Shown here: one piece after another, positions 48,965-59,324 of the stretch | Numbering within the stretch: the first letter of the stretch is position 1 | How the letters are laid out: each line of letters starts with the position of its first letter | NCBI GenBank assembly: GCA_963662615.2 | Contig: CAXXSR010000001.1 | Location: 1,024,001-1,088,000 of the forward strand | DNA: 64,000 bases | Direction: 5' to 3' | Source: Dehalococcoidia bacterium | GTDB lineage: Bacteria > Chloroflexota > Dehalococcoidia > Bin125 | Position numbers and translations under genes: made by a program | The notes under the pieces: model-generated | The model's database searches: none | Told to the model about the DNA's origin: nothing | Seen by the model: only the letters and a program-made list of their open reading frames with translations

Positions 48965-50179
48965 CTACGCCCCGTACTTCGCCAGTCGACCGGCGTGCGC
49001 CATAGCCAGCGGCAGCGCCTCCGTGGCGGGAAACGTCCCCAACGCCCCCTGCGCGCAGTGCCCCTCATCGAAGCGCGCGTCCGGCTGGTGCCGAACCCAC
49101 CGCGCTGAGAGCAGGAACGGCACCGGGTGCCAGGAGTGCGCCCCCATGGCGGCCGGCGTCGAATGGTCGCCGCTCACCATGAGCACGTCCGGGTCCAGGT
49201 CCAGCAAGGCCGGAATCTGCGCGTCCAGCTCTTCGATTCGCGAGACCTTCGCCGGGAAATCGCCGTCCTCGCCGGCGGCGTCCGTGTCCTTGTAGTGCAT
49301 GAAGAAGAAGTCGAAGCGGTCCCAGTGCTCTCGCACCGACGCGATCTGATCCTGAAATGTGGCTCCCGCCGCCAGCGCCGTCATCCCGGCCAACGTCGCC
49401 AGGCCGCGGTACATGGGATATAACGCGCAGCTCGCCGGCCGCAGGCCCCAGACGTCGGCCATCGCCGGCAGCGACGGCCTCCTCGCGAAACCGCGCAGCA
49501 GGATCCCGTTCGCCTGCTCCTCGGATGCAAGCACCTCCGCGGCAGCGCCGACGAAGCGGTTGACGACGTCCGCCGTGCGCTCTCCCCCCGGCGCCATCGG
49601 CTCGCAGCGCAGCGGCGGCACATCCGTGCGCTGCGGATCCGTCTCCGTGACCACGTCCGAGAGGCCCTCGCCGCGAAGCACCAGCACGAAGCGATGCTCA
49701 CGCACCGGCTCCACGAACAGCTCCACGCCTTGACCCGCAATCCCGGCCTCGACCGCTCGCAGCCGCTCCACGATCCTCCGCGACCGCTCCGTGGCGATGC
49801 GCCCGGCCCGACGGTCGCTGATCCGGCCCGTGGCATCCAGCGTGCAGAAATTGCCCCGCGCGGCCACATCGTCCGGTCCCAGGGCAAAGTCGATCCCCAG
49901 CGCCTCCAGCGCCCCCCGTCCCACCTGGAAGCGGAACGGATCGTAGCCGAAAAGGGCCAGATGCCCCGGGCCGGAGCCGGGCGTGATCCCGGACCCCACT
50001 GGGACAGTCAAGCCCAGCGCGCTCCGCGCCGCCAGCCCGTCCAGGTGGGGCGTCTGCGCCGTCTCCAGCTCGCTCCGGCCGCTGTCGGGATGGGGCAGCC
50101 CGCCCAGGCCGTCCGCCACCAGGAGAAGGATCTTGGACTCGGCCGGTCGCTGGAGCTGGCGCGCCAGTTCCAGGTCCAT
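48965..50179 (-). CDS. apgM: 2,3-bisphosphoglycerate-independent phosphoglycerate mutase (ApgM type)
   Basis: DGLGGLP, TPGSGPGHLALFGYDP, RGNF, KDTDAAGEDG, GDHSTP. Confidence 0.93.
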   Translation of the reverse strand: MDLELARQLQRPAESKILLLVADGLGGLPHPDSGRSELETAQTPHLDGLAARSALGLTVPVGSGITPGSGPGHLALFGYDPFRFQVGRGALEALGIDFALGPDDVAARGNFCTLDATGRISDRRAGRIATERSRRIVERLRAVEAGIAGQGVELFVEPVREHRFVLVLRGEGLSDVVTETDPQRTDVPPLRCEPMAPGGERTADVVNRFVGAAAEVLASEEQANGILLRGFARRPSLPAMADVWGLRPASCALYPMYRGLATLAGMTALAAGATFQDQIASVREHWDRFDFFFMHYKDTDAAGEDGDFPAKVSRIEELDAQIPALLDLDPDVLMVSGDHSTPAAMGAHSWHPVPFLLSARWVRHQPDARFDEGHCAQGALGTFPATEALPLAMAHAGRLAKYGA

Positions 50180-50213
50180 GGCCGCTCCTCCGTCGCTCTC
50201 GCTGCGCCGGCGC

Positions 50214-51431
50214 CTATCTCGCTTTGGCTGGCTGTGCGTCCGGGAGGACGGCGAGGCCGGGCAGCTCCCGCCCCTCCAGCAGCTCCAGCGCGGCGCCGCC
50301 GCCGGTGCTAACGTGCGTCAGGCGATCGGCCACACCCGCCTCCGCGACCGCCTGCAGCGTCTCACCGCCGCAGACGATGGTCTTGCCCTCGAGCCCCGCC
50401 AGCGCCCGCGCCAGCCAGCGCGTCCCCCCCGCGAACGCCTCCCGCTCGAACAGCCCCAGCGGCCCGTTCCACACCACCACGTCGGCCGACTCCAGCGCTC
50501 CCCGGAACCGCTCGATCGTCCGCGGCCCCACGTCAAAAATCTGCCAGCCCTCTGGTACCGATTCCTCGGCGAAGACCAGCGGGCGCGCGCACGGCGGCTG
50601 CTCCGGCCCGCGGGCGATCACACCATCGACCGGCAGCAGGACCTCGCAGCCCGCCCGCTCCGCGGCGCTCAGCAACGCCCGCGCCTCATCCACCAAGCTC
50701 GGCTCCGCCAGCGACGCGCCCACCGCCATCCCCTGCGCCAGCAGGAACGTGTTCGCCATCGCGCCGCCAATGCAGAGCGAGTTCGCCTTCTGTACCAGCG
50801 CGCGCAGCAGGCCCAGCTTGTCGCTCACCTTCGCGCCGCCGCTGACCACCGTGACCGTCTGGCCCCGCCGACGGCCGTTGGCGGGAAACACGTTGGCTAA
50901 GTTCTCGATCTCCCGCTCCATCAGCAGCCCCGACGCCGCCGGCAGCAGATGCGCGATCGCCTCGGTGGAGGCGTGCGCGCGATGCGCCGCCCCAAAGGCG
51001 TCGTTCACGTACAGCTCGACCGGTTGCGCCAGCAGGCGGGCGAAGCGGCGCTCATTGCCCTCTTCGCCGGAATGGAAGCGCAGGTTCTCCAGCAGCAGGA
51101 CCTCCCCGGGCTCCAGCGCCTTCACCGCCGCCTTCACGTCTGGGCCAACGCTGTCTGACGCCATGCGCACAGGCCGTCGCAGCAACTCTTGCAGCCGCTC
51201 GGCGACGGGCCTCAGGCGCAACTCCGCTCGCACTCGTCCCTGCGGCCGGCCCAAATGGGAGCAGGCGACCACCGTGGCCTCGTTCTCCAGCAGAAATTGC
51301 AAGGTGGGCAGCGTGGCGCGAATGCGGCTATCGTCGGCGACGGCCCCGGCGCGCAGCGGCACGTTCAAGTCCGCCCGCACCAGCACCCGCCGTCCGCGCA
51401 CATCGAGATCGCGAACCGTCTTCTTCTTCAC
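50214..51431 (-). CDS. pgk: Phosphoglycerate kinase
   Basis: RADLNVP, SHLGRP, LLENLRF, NDAFGAAHRAHAS, GGAKVSDK, HVSTGGGA. Confidence 0.97.
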   Translation of the reverse strand: MKKKTVRDLDVRGRRVLVRADLNVPLRAGAVADDSRIRATLPTLQFLLENEATVVACSHLGRPQGRVRAELRLRPVAERLQELLRRPVRMASDSVGPDVKAAVKALEPGEVLLLENLRFHSGEEGNERRFARLLAQPVELYVNDAFGAAHRAHASTEAIAHLLPAASGLLMEREIENLANVFPANGRRRGQTVTVVSGGAKVSDKLGLLRALVQKANSLCIGGAMANTFLLAQGMAVGASLAEPSLVDEARALLSAAERAGCEVLLPVDGVIARGPEQPPCARPLVFAEESVPEGWQIFDVGPRTIERFRGALESADVVVWNGPLGLFEREAFAGGTRWLARALAGLEGKTIVCGGETLQAVAEAGVADRLTHVSTGGGAALELLEGRELPGLAVLPDAQPAKAR

Positions 51432-51907
51432 CGAGGAGTGCTCCGCTCGCTCAGCGCCGGAGGCGCGCGACGGGCGTCGAGCGCGTCAATCTTCGCCACG
51501 CGCTGGGCGTGACGACCACCCTGCGGTTGCGCCTCCAGGAACGCGCGCAGCACCTCCAGCGCCACCTGCGTGCCCACGGCGTACGAACCCAACGCCAGGA
51601 CGTTGCAGTCGGTGTGCTCGCGCGCCCGCCGAGCGGACCAGCCGTCGCTGCACAGCGCCGCGCGCACGCCCGGCACCTTATTCGCCACGACGCTCATCCC
51701 CACGCCGTTGCTGCAGATGAGCACGCCGAGGTCGGCTTCATGGGCGGCCACGGCCTCCGCCAGCGGCTGCGCGATGTCGGGATAATCCACGGGTGCGTCG
51801 CTGTTCGCGCCAAAATCGGCGATCTCGTAGCCTGCCGTCACCAGCTCGTCTGTGAGGAAGCGCTTCAAGTTGAAGCCGGCGTGGTCGCTGCCGATCGCAA
51901 TCCGCAC
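51428..51907 (-). CDS. rpiB: Ribose-5-phosphate isomerase B
   Basis: IAIGSDHAG, DYPD, ICSNGVG, ANKVPGVRAA, GGRHAQR. Confidence 0.95.
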   Translation of the reverse strand: MRIAIGSDHAGFNLKRFLTDELVTAGYEIADFGANSDAPVDYPDIAQPLAEAVAAHEADLGVLICSNGVGMSVVANKVPGVRAALCSDGWSARRAREHTDCNVLALGSYAVGTQVALEVLRAFLEAQPQGGRHAQRVAKIDALDARRAPPALSERSTPR

Positions 51908-51954
51908 AATCTCGCTCCGCATCCCCGCCGGCGCTGTAGCGCGGCGCTCCTGAT

Positions 51955-52608
51955 TCAGCGGCGGCCGGCCGCCAGGTGCTCGGAGAGCAGCTTGCCCACC
52001 TGCGCCTCATCCAGGGCGCCCGCCCGCACGATGCGCGGCGTCGCCGCGGTGCAGTCGAGAATAGTCGACGCCGTGCCCTCTGGCGCCACACCCATGGGCG
52101 GGAGAATGGTGACCGCGTCGCCGAATGTCTCGTGCACGGCAATGGCGCTCACGGGCGCGGGCTCCCCGTGCCGGTTGGCGCTGCTTCCCGTGATCGGCTC
52201 CCCCACGGCGGCCAGCAGCGCCAGCGCCAGCGGATTCTGGGGAATGCGCACCGCCACGGTCTTGCCCGGCACGGCCAGGGATCGCCAGCTGGGATGGCGC
52301 GGCAGCACCAGCGTCAGGGGCCCCGGCCAGGCCGCGGCCGCCAGCGACCGCAGGGCAGCCGGTGTTTCTGCCGCCACGATGTCCAGCCAGGTCAGGTCGG
52401 GGAGGAAGATCGGCATGGGATCGCAGTCCGGGCGCCGCTTGAGGGCGAAGCAGTGCATCACCGCCGCCCCGTCGCTGGCCAGGACGCTGAGGGCGTACTG
52501 CGTCTCCGTGGGCACCGCCACCACGCCGCCGCTCATCAGCGCCTCGCGGCCCCGCTCAACGAACGTCGCGAACTCGCCGCGCTGCTCCACCGCACCTCTC
52601 CGCACCAT
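51955..52608 (-). CDS. tsaC: Threonylcarbamoyl-AMP synthase (Sua5/YrdC)
   Basis: VPTETQYAL, LKRRP, WPGPLTLVL, VAVRIP, SSANRHG. Confidence 0.9.
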   Translation of the reverse strand: MVRRGAVEQRGEFATFVERGREALMSGGVVAVPTETQYALSVLASDGAAVMHCFALKRRPDCDPMPIFLPDLTWLDIVAAETPAALRSLAAAAWPGPLTLVLPRHPSWRSLAVPGKTVAVRIPQNPLALALLAAVGEPITGSSANRHGEPAPVSAIAVHETFGDAVTILPPMGVAPEGTASTILDCTAATPRIVRAGALDEAQVGKLLSEHLAAGRR

Positions 52609-52713
52609 TGCCGACCTAGGCTAGGACAAGGCTAGGACAACTGTTCTTGACCTCGAGTATACACCTGCGCTACACCTGCGAGAGGGAGCACCTAACCCAC
52701 CGAAGGAGCGACG

Positions 52714-54408
52714 TTGCCGGAGCGTAGCCCATCCCCGTCTCCGCCTCGCATCCGCACCTCCGACGACCTTGAAGTCTCCTCCTACCTGGCCTCGGCCGGC
52801 GGAGGGCCGGGGGAGCCTGCCGCCGATCGTCCGGCGCTGCCGGACCGCCCCCCCGCCCAGCGCCCGCGCGAGACCATCGTCATCCTGGACTTCGGCTCAC
52901 AGACCAGCATGCTCATCGCGCGGCGTGTGCGCGACCTCCACGTCTACTGCGAACTGCTCCCGCACACCGCCACCTGGGAGCAGGTCCAGGCGCTCAACCC
53001 CAAGGGCTTCATCCTTTCGGGCGGCCCCGCCTCCGCAATCGATGAGGGCGCCCCGCAGGCGCCGGCGTTCATCTATCAGAGCGGCCTCCCGGTCCTGGGC
53101 ATCTGCTACGGCATGCAACTCATTGCCGCGCAACTGGGGGGCCGCGTCGCCGCGGCGCAGGAGCGGGAGTTCGGCCACGCCCTCCTCCACAACAGCCCGT
53201 CCGATGGCAACGGTTCCGCGCTCCTGGCGGGACTCCCGGAACCCATGGCCGTCTGGATGAGTCACGGCGACCGCATCGCGGAGCTTCCCCCCGGCTTCCG
53301 CACCCTGGGCTCCAGCGAGTCCATCCCCATTGCCGCAATGGGCAACGACGCCGGCATCTACGGCATCCAGTTTCATCCGGAAGTGGTCCACACCCCCCAC
53401 GGCGACCGCCTCCTGGCGAACTTCGTCCGCGACATCTGCGGCTGCGCCGCCGACTGGACGCCGGACAGCTTCATTGACATGGCCGTGGCGCAGATTCGCG
53501 CCACCGTGGGCGACAAGCGCGTCATCTGCGCTCTGAGCGGCGGCGTGGACTCCGCCGTCGCCGCCGCTCTGGTGCATCGCGCCGTGGGCGACCAGCTCAG
53601 CTGCATCTTTGTCGACAACGGCCTCCTCCGGCGCGAGGAGCCGGAGCGTGTGCTCCGCACCTTCCGCAAGCACCTCCGCATCGACCTCCGCCACGTCGAT
53701 GCCGGCGACCGCTTTCAACAGGGGCTCGCCGGCGTCACGGACCCCGAGAGCAAGCGCAAACGCGTCGGCGAAACGTTCATCGCCGTCTTCGAGCAGGTGG
53801 CTTCAGACCTGGGCGCGGTGGAGTTCATGGTCCAGGGCACCACCTACCCCGACGTCGTCGAGAGCGCCGGTGTGGGCGGCGTCACCGCGGCGATCAAATC
53901 CCACCACAACGTCGGCGGCCTCCCCGAGCACATGCAGTTCGCCCTCGTTGAGCCGCTGCGCTACCTGTTCAAGGACGAGGTGCGGCAAGTAGGTCTCCAG
54001 TTGGGCCTGCCGGACGAGATGATCTTTCGCCAGCCCTTCCCGGGACCCGGCCTGGCCATCCGCATCATCGGCGAGGTGACGCCGGCCAAGCTGGAGATTC
54101 TGCGTGCGGCCGACTGGGTGGTGATGGACGAGGTCAAGGCGGCCGGCCTCTACCGCGACCTCTGGCAGGCCTTCGCCATCCTCACCGACACCCGCTCCGT
54201 GGGCGTCCAGGGCGACGCCCGCACCTACGGCTACGTCGTCGCCGTGCGCGCGGTCAACGCCGCCGACGCCATGACGGCGGACTGGGCCCGCCTCCCCTAC
54301 GACGTCATGGCCCGCATCTCCAACCGCATCGTCAATGAGGTGCCGGAGGTGAACCGGGTGGTGCTGGACATCACCTCCAAGCCGCCCGGCACCATTGAAT
54401 GGGAATGA
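52714..54408 (+). CDS. guaA: GMP synthase (glutamine-hydrolysing)
   Basis: [47 protein letters not shown]. Confidence 0.98.
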   Translation: MPERSPSPSPPRIRTSDDLEVSSYLASAGGGPGEPAADRPALPDRPPAQRPRETIVILDFGSQTSMLIARRVRDLHVYCELLPHTATWEQVQALNPKGFILSGGPASAIDEGAPQAPAFIYQSGLPVLGICYGMQLIAAQLGGRVAAAQEREFGHALLHNSPSDGNGSALLAGLPEPMAVWMSHGDRIAELPPGFRTLGSSESIPIAAMGNDAGIYGIQFHPEVVHTPHGDRLLANFVRDICGCAADWTPDSFIDMAVAQIRATVGDKRVICALSGGVDSAVAAALVHRAVGDQLSCIFVDNGLLRREEPERVLRTFRKHLRIDLRHVDAGDRFQQGLAGVTDPESKRKRVGETFIAVFEQVASDLGAVEFMVQGTTYPDVVESAGVGGVTAAIKSHHNVGGLPEHMQFALVEPLRYLFKDEVRQVGLQLGLPDEMIFRQPFPGPGLAIRIIGEVTPAKLEILRAADWVVMDEVKAAGLYRDLWQAFAILTDTRSVGVQGDARTYGYVVAVRAVNAADAMTADWARLPYDVMARISNRIVNEVPEVNRVVLDITSKPPGTIEWE

Positions 54409-54437
54409 CGCTGGTCAGCCTCGCGCGGGAACGAGCC

Positions 54438-54470
54438 CCGTTCACCCTGAGCCTGTCGAAGGGCGAACGG
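54438..54470. repeat. REP, short form
   Basis: ccgttcaccct-gagcctgtcga-agggcgaacgg. Confidence 0.9.
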
Positions 54471-54495
54471 CGAGATCAGCGGAGGTGAGACCCCC

Positions 54496-55047
54496 ATGAT
54501 CATCACCATCTGCGCCAGCATGACCCTGGCGGAGCGGATCCGCGCGGTCCAAGAGCAACTCCGCGCGCTCGGCCACACCGTCTACGTCCCTGTCGAGGTT
54601 GAGGAGTTCGACTACCAGGACGCCACCACGGAGGAGCGCGCCGACCTCAAGCGCACGCACGACCTGATCCGCGAGCACTGGCGCAAGATCCAGCGATCGG
54701 ACGCCATCCTCGTCCTCAACGAGGACGCCAAGGGCTTTCGCCACTACATCGGCGGCAACTCCTTCTTGGAGATGGGCTTCGCCCACATCCTCCATCTGCC
54801 CATCTACCTCATGCACGACGTCCCCGACATGCCCTATGCCAGCGAGATGGAGGCCATGGACGTCGCCATCATTCGCGGCGACCTCACGCGCATGCCCCTG
54901 ACCCCTCCCGCTCGCCCTGACCTGTCCTTCCCTCCTGGGAAGGAGCCTCTGGAAGGGCGGGAGCCTGCCCCTCCCGTTCGTCCTGAGCCTGTCGAAGGGG
55001 GAACGGACAGCGGAACCCGCAATGAGGCCGTGGAGCGCGCCCCGTGA
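54496..55047 (+). CDS. Nucleoside 2-deoxyribosyltransferase-fold protein; C-terminus runs through REP copies
   Basis: ITICASM, SDAILVLN, YIGGNSFLEMGFA, PIYL; GGAGG SD. Confidence 0.7.
   Translation: MIITICASMTLAERIRAVQEQLRALGHTVYVPVEVEEFDYQDATTEERADLKRTHDLIREHWRKIQRSDAILVLNEDAKGFRHYIGGNSFLEMGFAHILHLPIYLMHDVPDMPYASEMEAMDVAIIRGDLTRMPLTPPARPDLSFPPGKEPLEGREPAPPVRPEPVEGGTDSGTRNEAVERAP
54908..55006. repeat. Two REP copies (long form 54908-54964, short form 54973-55006)
   Basis: cgctcgccctga-cctgtccttc-cctcctgg-gaagga-gcctctggaaggg; cccgttcgtcct-gagcctgtcga-agggggaacgg. Confidence 0.88.
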
Positions 55048-56306
55048 AAGTCCTCCTGGTCGGCAGCGGCGGCCGCGAGCACGCCCTCGCCTGGGCGCTG
55101 GCCCGCAGCCCCCGCCTCACCGACCTGCTCTGCGCCCCCGGCAATGCCGGCACCGCCGCCCTCGGCGCCAACCTGCCTATCGACGCCGCCGACATCGACG
55201 CCCTCGTCCATGTCGCAATCACACACCGCGTGGACCTGGTCGTCGTCGGGCCCGAGGGTCCGCTCGCCGCCGGCCTCGTCGATGCCCTCGCCGCCCGCGA
55301 CATCCCCGCCTTCGGGCCCACTCGCGCCGCCGCCGAGATCGAATCGTCGAAGCAGTTCGCCAAGCAGCTCATGCGGCAGGCCGGCCTGCCCCACGCCGCC
55401 GGCCGCGCCTACCGGGACGCCGCCTGCGCCCACGCCTACATTGACCACGCCTTCCGCGAGCCGCCCGTGATCAAGGCCGACGGGCTCGCGGCCGGCAAGG
55501 GCGTGATCGTCCCCGCCACCATGGCCGAGGCGCACGCCGCCGTCGACGACCTCCTCGCCGGCCGCTTCGGCGACGCCTCCCGCACCGTCGTGGTGGAGGA
55601 GCGGCTCGCGGGGCTTGAGGCCAGCGCCATGGCCTTCTGCGACGGCGAGACCGTCGCGCCCATGCCCCTCTCCTGCGACTACAAGCGCGCCCTCGACGAC
55701 GACCAAGGCTCCAACACCGGCGGCATGGGCGTCTACAGCCCGCCCGGCTTCATCTCCGCCCACAGATCCCAACGCCTCTTCGACAGGGTCCATGAGCCGG
55801 TGCTGCGCGCCTTGCGGGACGCGGGTCGCCCCTTCCGTGGCGTCCTCTACGCCGGGCTCATGGTCAACGAGGGCGAGCCTGCGGTGTTGGAATTCAACTG
55901 CCGCTTTGGTGACCCGGAGACGCAGGCTGTCCTGCCCTTGCTCCGCAGCGACCTCCTGGAGGTGCTCCGCGCCTGCGCCACCGGGACACTGGCGGACGTG
56001 CCCTTGGAATGGAGCGACGACGCCACCGTCGGCGTCGTGCTCGCCAGCGGCGGCTACCCCGGCGCCTACGAGACCGGCAAGCCCATCCACGGCCTCGACG
56101 CGATCGACGACGATGCGCTGCTCTTCCACGCCGGTACCCGCCTCGCCGACGACGGCGCGGTCCTCACCGCCGGCGGCCGCGTTCTCACGGTCGTTGCCCG
56201 CGCCCCGACCTTGGCCCAGGCGCGCGACCGCGCCTACGACAACGCCGCGCGTATCGAGTTCGAGGGGCGGACATATCGCAGCGACATCGCGCGGCGCGAG
56301 CTATGA
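55044..56306 (+). CDS. purD: Phosphoribosylamine-glycine ligase
   Basis: GSGGREHAL, VVGPE, KADGLAAGKGV, NTGGMG, EFNCRFGDPETQ. Confidence 0.98.
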   Translation: MKVLLVGSGGREHALAWALARSPRLTDLLCAPGNAGTAALGANLPIDAADIDALVHVAITHRVDLVVVGPEGPLAAGLVDALAARDIPAFGPTRAAAEIESSKQFAKQLMRQAGLPHAAGRAYRDAACAHAYIDHAFREPPVIKADGLAAGKGVIVPATMAEAHAAVDDLLAGRFGDASRTVVVEERLAGLEASAMAFCDGETVAPMPLSCDYKRALDDDQGSNTGGMGVYSPPGFISAHRSQRLFDRVHEPVLRALRDAGRPFRGVLYAGLMVNEGEPAVLEFNCRFGDPETQAVLPLLRSDLLEVLRACATGTLADVPLEWSDDATVGVVLASGGYPGAYETGKPIHGLDAIDDDALLFHAGTRLADDGAVLTAGGRVLTVVARAPTLAQARDRAYDNAARIEFEGRTYRSDIARREL

Positions 56307-56345
56307 CGGGCCCGTGCAGGGCCTGGGCGCCGCTTGCCGCCCACC

Positions 56346-56432
56346 CATGAGTCGTCGCCACTTCATGAGTCGCCACTTCATGAGTCGCCACTTCATGAGT
56401 CGCCACTTCATGAGTCGCCACTTCACAAGTCG
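56346..56432. repeat. 15-bp VNTR (catgagtcgccactt), about 5.5 copies
   Basis: Four perfect units 56364-56423, one 18-bp variant before them and a partial unit after. Confidence 0.95.
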
Positions 56433-56497
56433 ATAGATCCACGCAAATGGAATACCTTTGTGCGGTTCACAGAGTCCGCAAGAAAGCGATGCGAAAA

Positions 56498-56833
56498 ATG
56501 GCCGAGCCAAGCCTTACCACCCGCGCCGACACCCGCGAGGTAGAGATGTGGTCGGGCGTCTCCCGGCGCACCCTCAACTACGGCGAGCACACCTCCATTC
56601 ACGAGATTCGCATGGCCCGGGGGAGCGTTGTGCCGCCGCACACGCATCCCCATGAACAGACCGGCTACCTCGTGTCGGGGCGGATGCTGATTGAGATGCC
56701 GGGGCTGCGCAAGGAGCTCGCGGCGGGCGACTCCTGGCTCATTCCCGGCGGCGTGGAGCATTCCGCGACGGCCCGGGAAGACGCGCTCTTCGTTGACGTC
56801 TTCTCGCCCGCGCGGGAGGAATACCGCGACTGA
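56498..56833 (+). CDS. Cupin domain protein
   Basis: PPHTHPHEQTGY, GDSWLIPGGVEH, DVFSPAREEY. Confidence 0.9.
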   Translation: MAEPSLTTRADTREVEMWSGVSRRTLNYGEHTSIHEIRMARGSVVPPHTHPHEQTGYLVSGRMLIEMPGLRKELAAGDSWLIPGGVEHSATAREDALFVDVFSPAREEYRD

Positions 56834-56957
56834 TGCCCGGACGGCCAAACCGCCCACGACATCACCAACCCAGCGCCGCCCCGCGGTGGAACACCCGGCC
56901 CACTGGCCACCAGACCCAGGAGTGCATCTCAACACCATCAGCGGGCGCGCGAAGAAC

Positions 56958-58250
56958 ATGATCCCCCGATACTCCCGCCCCCAGATGGCCGCCCTCTGGT
57001 CCGACCAGGCCAAGTACGAACGCTGGCTCCAGGTGGAACTCGCCGTCATCCAAGCCTGGGCGGCCGAGGGCCGCATCCCCCCCGACGACGCCGACGCCAT
57101 CGTCGCGGGCGCCGCCTTCGACTTGGACGACATCGACCGCTACCAGGCCGAGACCCACCACGACGTCACGGCCTTCCTCCGCTCCCTCACCGATCGCCTT
57201 GGCCCCGAGGGCCGCTGGCTCCATTTGGGCCTAACCTCCTCCGACGTCTGGGACACCGCCACCGCCCTCCAGCTCCGCGACGCCGCCGCCCTCTTGGAAA
57301 CGGAGCTGCAGCGCCTGCACGATGTCCTCGTCGTCCAGGCCCGCGCGCACAAGGACACCTTGATGGCCGGGCGCACCCACGGGGTCCACGCCGAGCCCAC
57401 GACCTTCGGGCTCGTCCTCGCCGTTTGGGTCGACGAGGTCCGCCGCCACCAAACCCGCCTCGCCGCCGCGAAGGAGACCGTTGCCTACGGCAAGATCAGC
57501 GGCGCGGTTGGTACCCATGCCACGGTGCCCCCGTCGCTGGAGGAGCGCGTCTGCGATCGGCTGGGCCTCCAGGTCGCGCCTGTCTCCAACCAGATCCTCC
57601 AGCGCGACCGCCACGCCCACTTCGTCAACACACTCGCCCTGATCGGGGCATCGCTGGAGAAGTTCGCCGTCGAGATCCGCCACCTCCAGCTCACCGAAGT
57701 GCGTGAGGCGGAAGAGCCGTTCCTGCCCGGCCAGACCGGCTCCTCCGCCATGCCTCACAAGCGCAACCCGGAGAAGTGCGAACGGATCTGCGGCCTCGCC
57801 CGCCTGCTCCGCGGCTACGCCGCCACCGCCATGGAGAACGTCGCGCTTTGGCATGAGCGCGACATCAGCCACTCCAGCGCCGAGCGCATCGTCCTGCCCG
57901 ACTCCTGCATCCTCCTTGACTACATGCTGGACCTCTTCCGCTGGATCATGGAGAACCTGCGCGTCTACCCCAAACAGATGCGTGAGAATCTGGAGCGCTC
58001 CTGCGGGCTCGTCTACTCCCAGCGCGTGCTGCTGGCGATGGTGGAGCGCGGTGTGGAGCGAGAGCAGGCCTACCAGATCGTGCAGCGACACGCGCAGACG
58101 GCCTGGGACGAGCGCCGCTCCTTCCTGGACATCTTGCAGCACGACGAGCACGTCCTCGCGCTCATCCCTGACCAGGAGCTGCGGGAATGCTTCGACCCCG
58201 CCTTCTATCTCCGCCATGTGGACGCGACGTTTCAGCGATTGGGCATCTAG
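56958..58250 (+). CDS. purB: Adenylosuccinate lyase
   Basis: MIPRYSRP, HDVTAF, GRTHGVHAEP, GSSAMPHKRNP, WHERDISHS. Confidence 0.98.
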   Translation: MIPRYSRPQMAALWSDQAKYERWLQVELAVIQAWAAEGRIPPDDADAIVAGAAFDLDDIDRYQAETHHDVTAFLRSLTDRLGPEGRWLHLGLTSSDVWDTATALQLRDAAALLETELQRLHDVLVVQARAHKDTLMAGRTHGVHAEPTTFGLVLAVWVDEVRRHQTRLAAAKETVAYGKISGAVGTHATVPPSLEERVCDRLGLQVAPVSNQILQRDRHAHFVNTLALIGASLEKFAVEIRHLQLTEVREAEEPFLPGQTGSSAMPHKRNPEKCERICGLARLLRGYAATAMENVALWHERDISHSSAERIVLPDSCILLDYMLDLFRWIMENLRVYPKQMRENLERSCGLVYSQRVLLAMVERGVEREQAYQIVQRHAQTAWDERRSFLDILQHDEHVLALIPDQELRECFDPAFYLRHVDATFQRLGI

Positions 58251-58254
58251 CACA

Positions 58255-59199
58255 ATGAGCGCCACCGAAACCCGCGACGTGATGCTGACATCCGACCTCC
58301 CCCTGCCCAAGAAACAGGGCAAGGTCCGCGACATCTATGACCTTGGCTCCTCGGAATGGGGCGACCGCCTCCTCATCGTCGCCAGCGATCGTGTCTCCGC
58401 CTTCGACGTCGTCCTGCCCAACGGCATCCCCGACAAGGGCCGCGTCCTCACGCAAATGTCGGCCTTCTGGTTCGAGCGCACTCGCGAGGTGGTCCCGAAC
58501 CACATGATCCGTGTCATCGATTCCACCTCCAACCCCGATCTTCCCCTCTCCCTCCCGCCCCAATACATCGGCCGCTCCATGCTCGTGCGCAAAGCCGAGC
58601 CGGTCATGTTGGAGGCGATCGTGCGCGGCTACCTCTCAGGCAGCGGCTGGAAGGATTACCAGGCCGGCGGCCGCATCTGCGGCATCGCCTTGCCCCCCGG
58701 CTTGCGCGAGTCCGACGCCCTCCCCCAAGCCATCTTCACCCCCTCCACGAAGGCGGAGACCGGCCACGACGAGAACATCACCTACGAGGAGGCCGCCGCG
58801 CTCGTCGGGGAAGATCTCGCCAACGCCATCAAGGTCCGCGCCCTCGCCCTCTACACCTACGGCCTCGAGCGGGCCCTGCAGCGCGGCTTCCTCATCGCCG
58901 ATACCAAGTTCGAGTTCGGCCTGGTCGAAAACGACGAGGGCGAACGCGAGCCGATCCTGATCGACGAAGCGCTCACCCCGGATTCGTCGCGCTTTTGGGA
59001 CGTCGCCATCTACCAGCCTGACCGGCCTCAGCCCTCCTACGACAAGCAGCCCCTGCGCGACTGGCTGGAGGCGCGCGACTGGAACAAACAGCCCCCGGCC
59101 CCCGCGCTCCCCCCGGAGGTCGTGGCCGACCTCCGCGATCGCTACCTCCAGGCCTTCACCCGCATCACCGACCGCGACCTGCTCCGCCCGCCCGCCTAA
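58255..59199 (+). CDS. purC: SAICAR synthase
   Basis: GKVRDIY, SDRVSAFD, RGYLSGSGW, ADTKFEFG, DEALTPDSSRFW. Confidence 0.97.
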   Translation: MSATETRDVMLTSDLPLPKKQGKVRDIYDLGSSEWGDRLLIVASDRVSAFDVVLPNGIPDKGRVLTQMSAFWFERTREVVPNHMIRVIDSTSNPDLPLSLPPQYIGRSMLVRKAEPVMLEAIVRGYLSGSGWKDYQAGGRICGIALPPGLRESDALPQAIFTPSTKAETGHDENITYEEAAALVGEDLANAIKVRALALYTYGLERALQRGFLIADTKFEFGLVENDEGEREPILIDEALTPDSSRFWDVAIYQPDRPQPSYDKQPLRDWLEARDWNKQPPAPALPPEVVADLRDRYLQAFTRITDRDLLRPPA

Positions 59200-59202
59200 C
59201 CC

Positions 59203-59311
59203 CCGCTCACCCTGACCTGTCCTTGCCGGCTGGGAAGGAGCTTGTCGAAGAGCCGAACCACGCCGCAGCGGTGCTATTCCGTTCGTCCTGAGCCTGTCGA
59301 AGGGCGAACGG
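59203..59311. repeat. Two REP copies upstream of the GIY-YIG gene (long 59203-59259, short 59279-59311)
   Basis: ccgctcaccctga-cctgtccttg-ccggctgg-gaagga-gcttgtcgaag; ccgttcgtcct-gagcctgtcga-agggcgaacgg. Confidence 0.9.
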
Positions 59312-59324
59312 CCAAAGGCGAAAG

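Noticed and set aside
54390-55047. Classical guaA-integrated genomic island
   Set aside because: No tyrosine integrase and no convincing duplicated guaA 3' end downstream.
56346-56432. Possible CRISPR array or repeat-peptide ORFs (MSRHF / HEVAT / MKWRL)
   Set aside because: Pure tandem 15-mer without spacers; the ORFs are by-products of a unit length divisible by 3.
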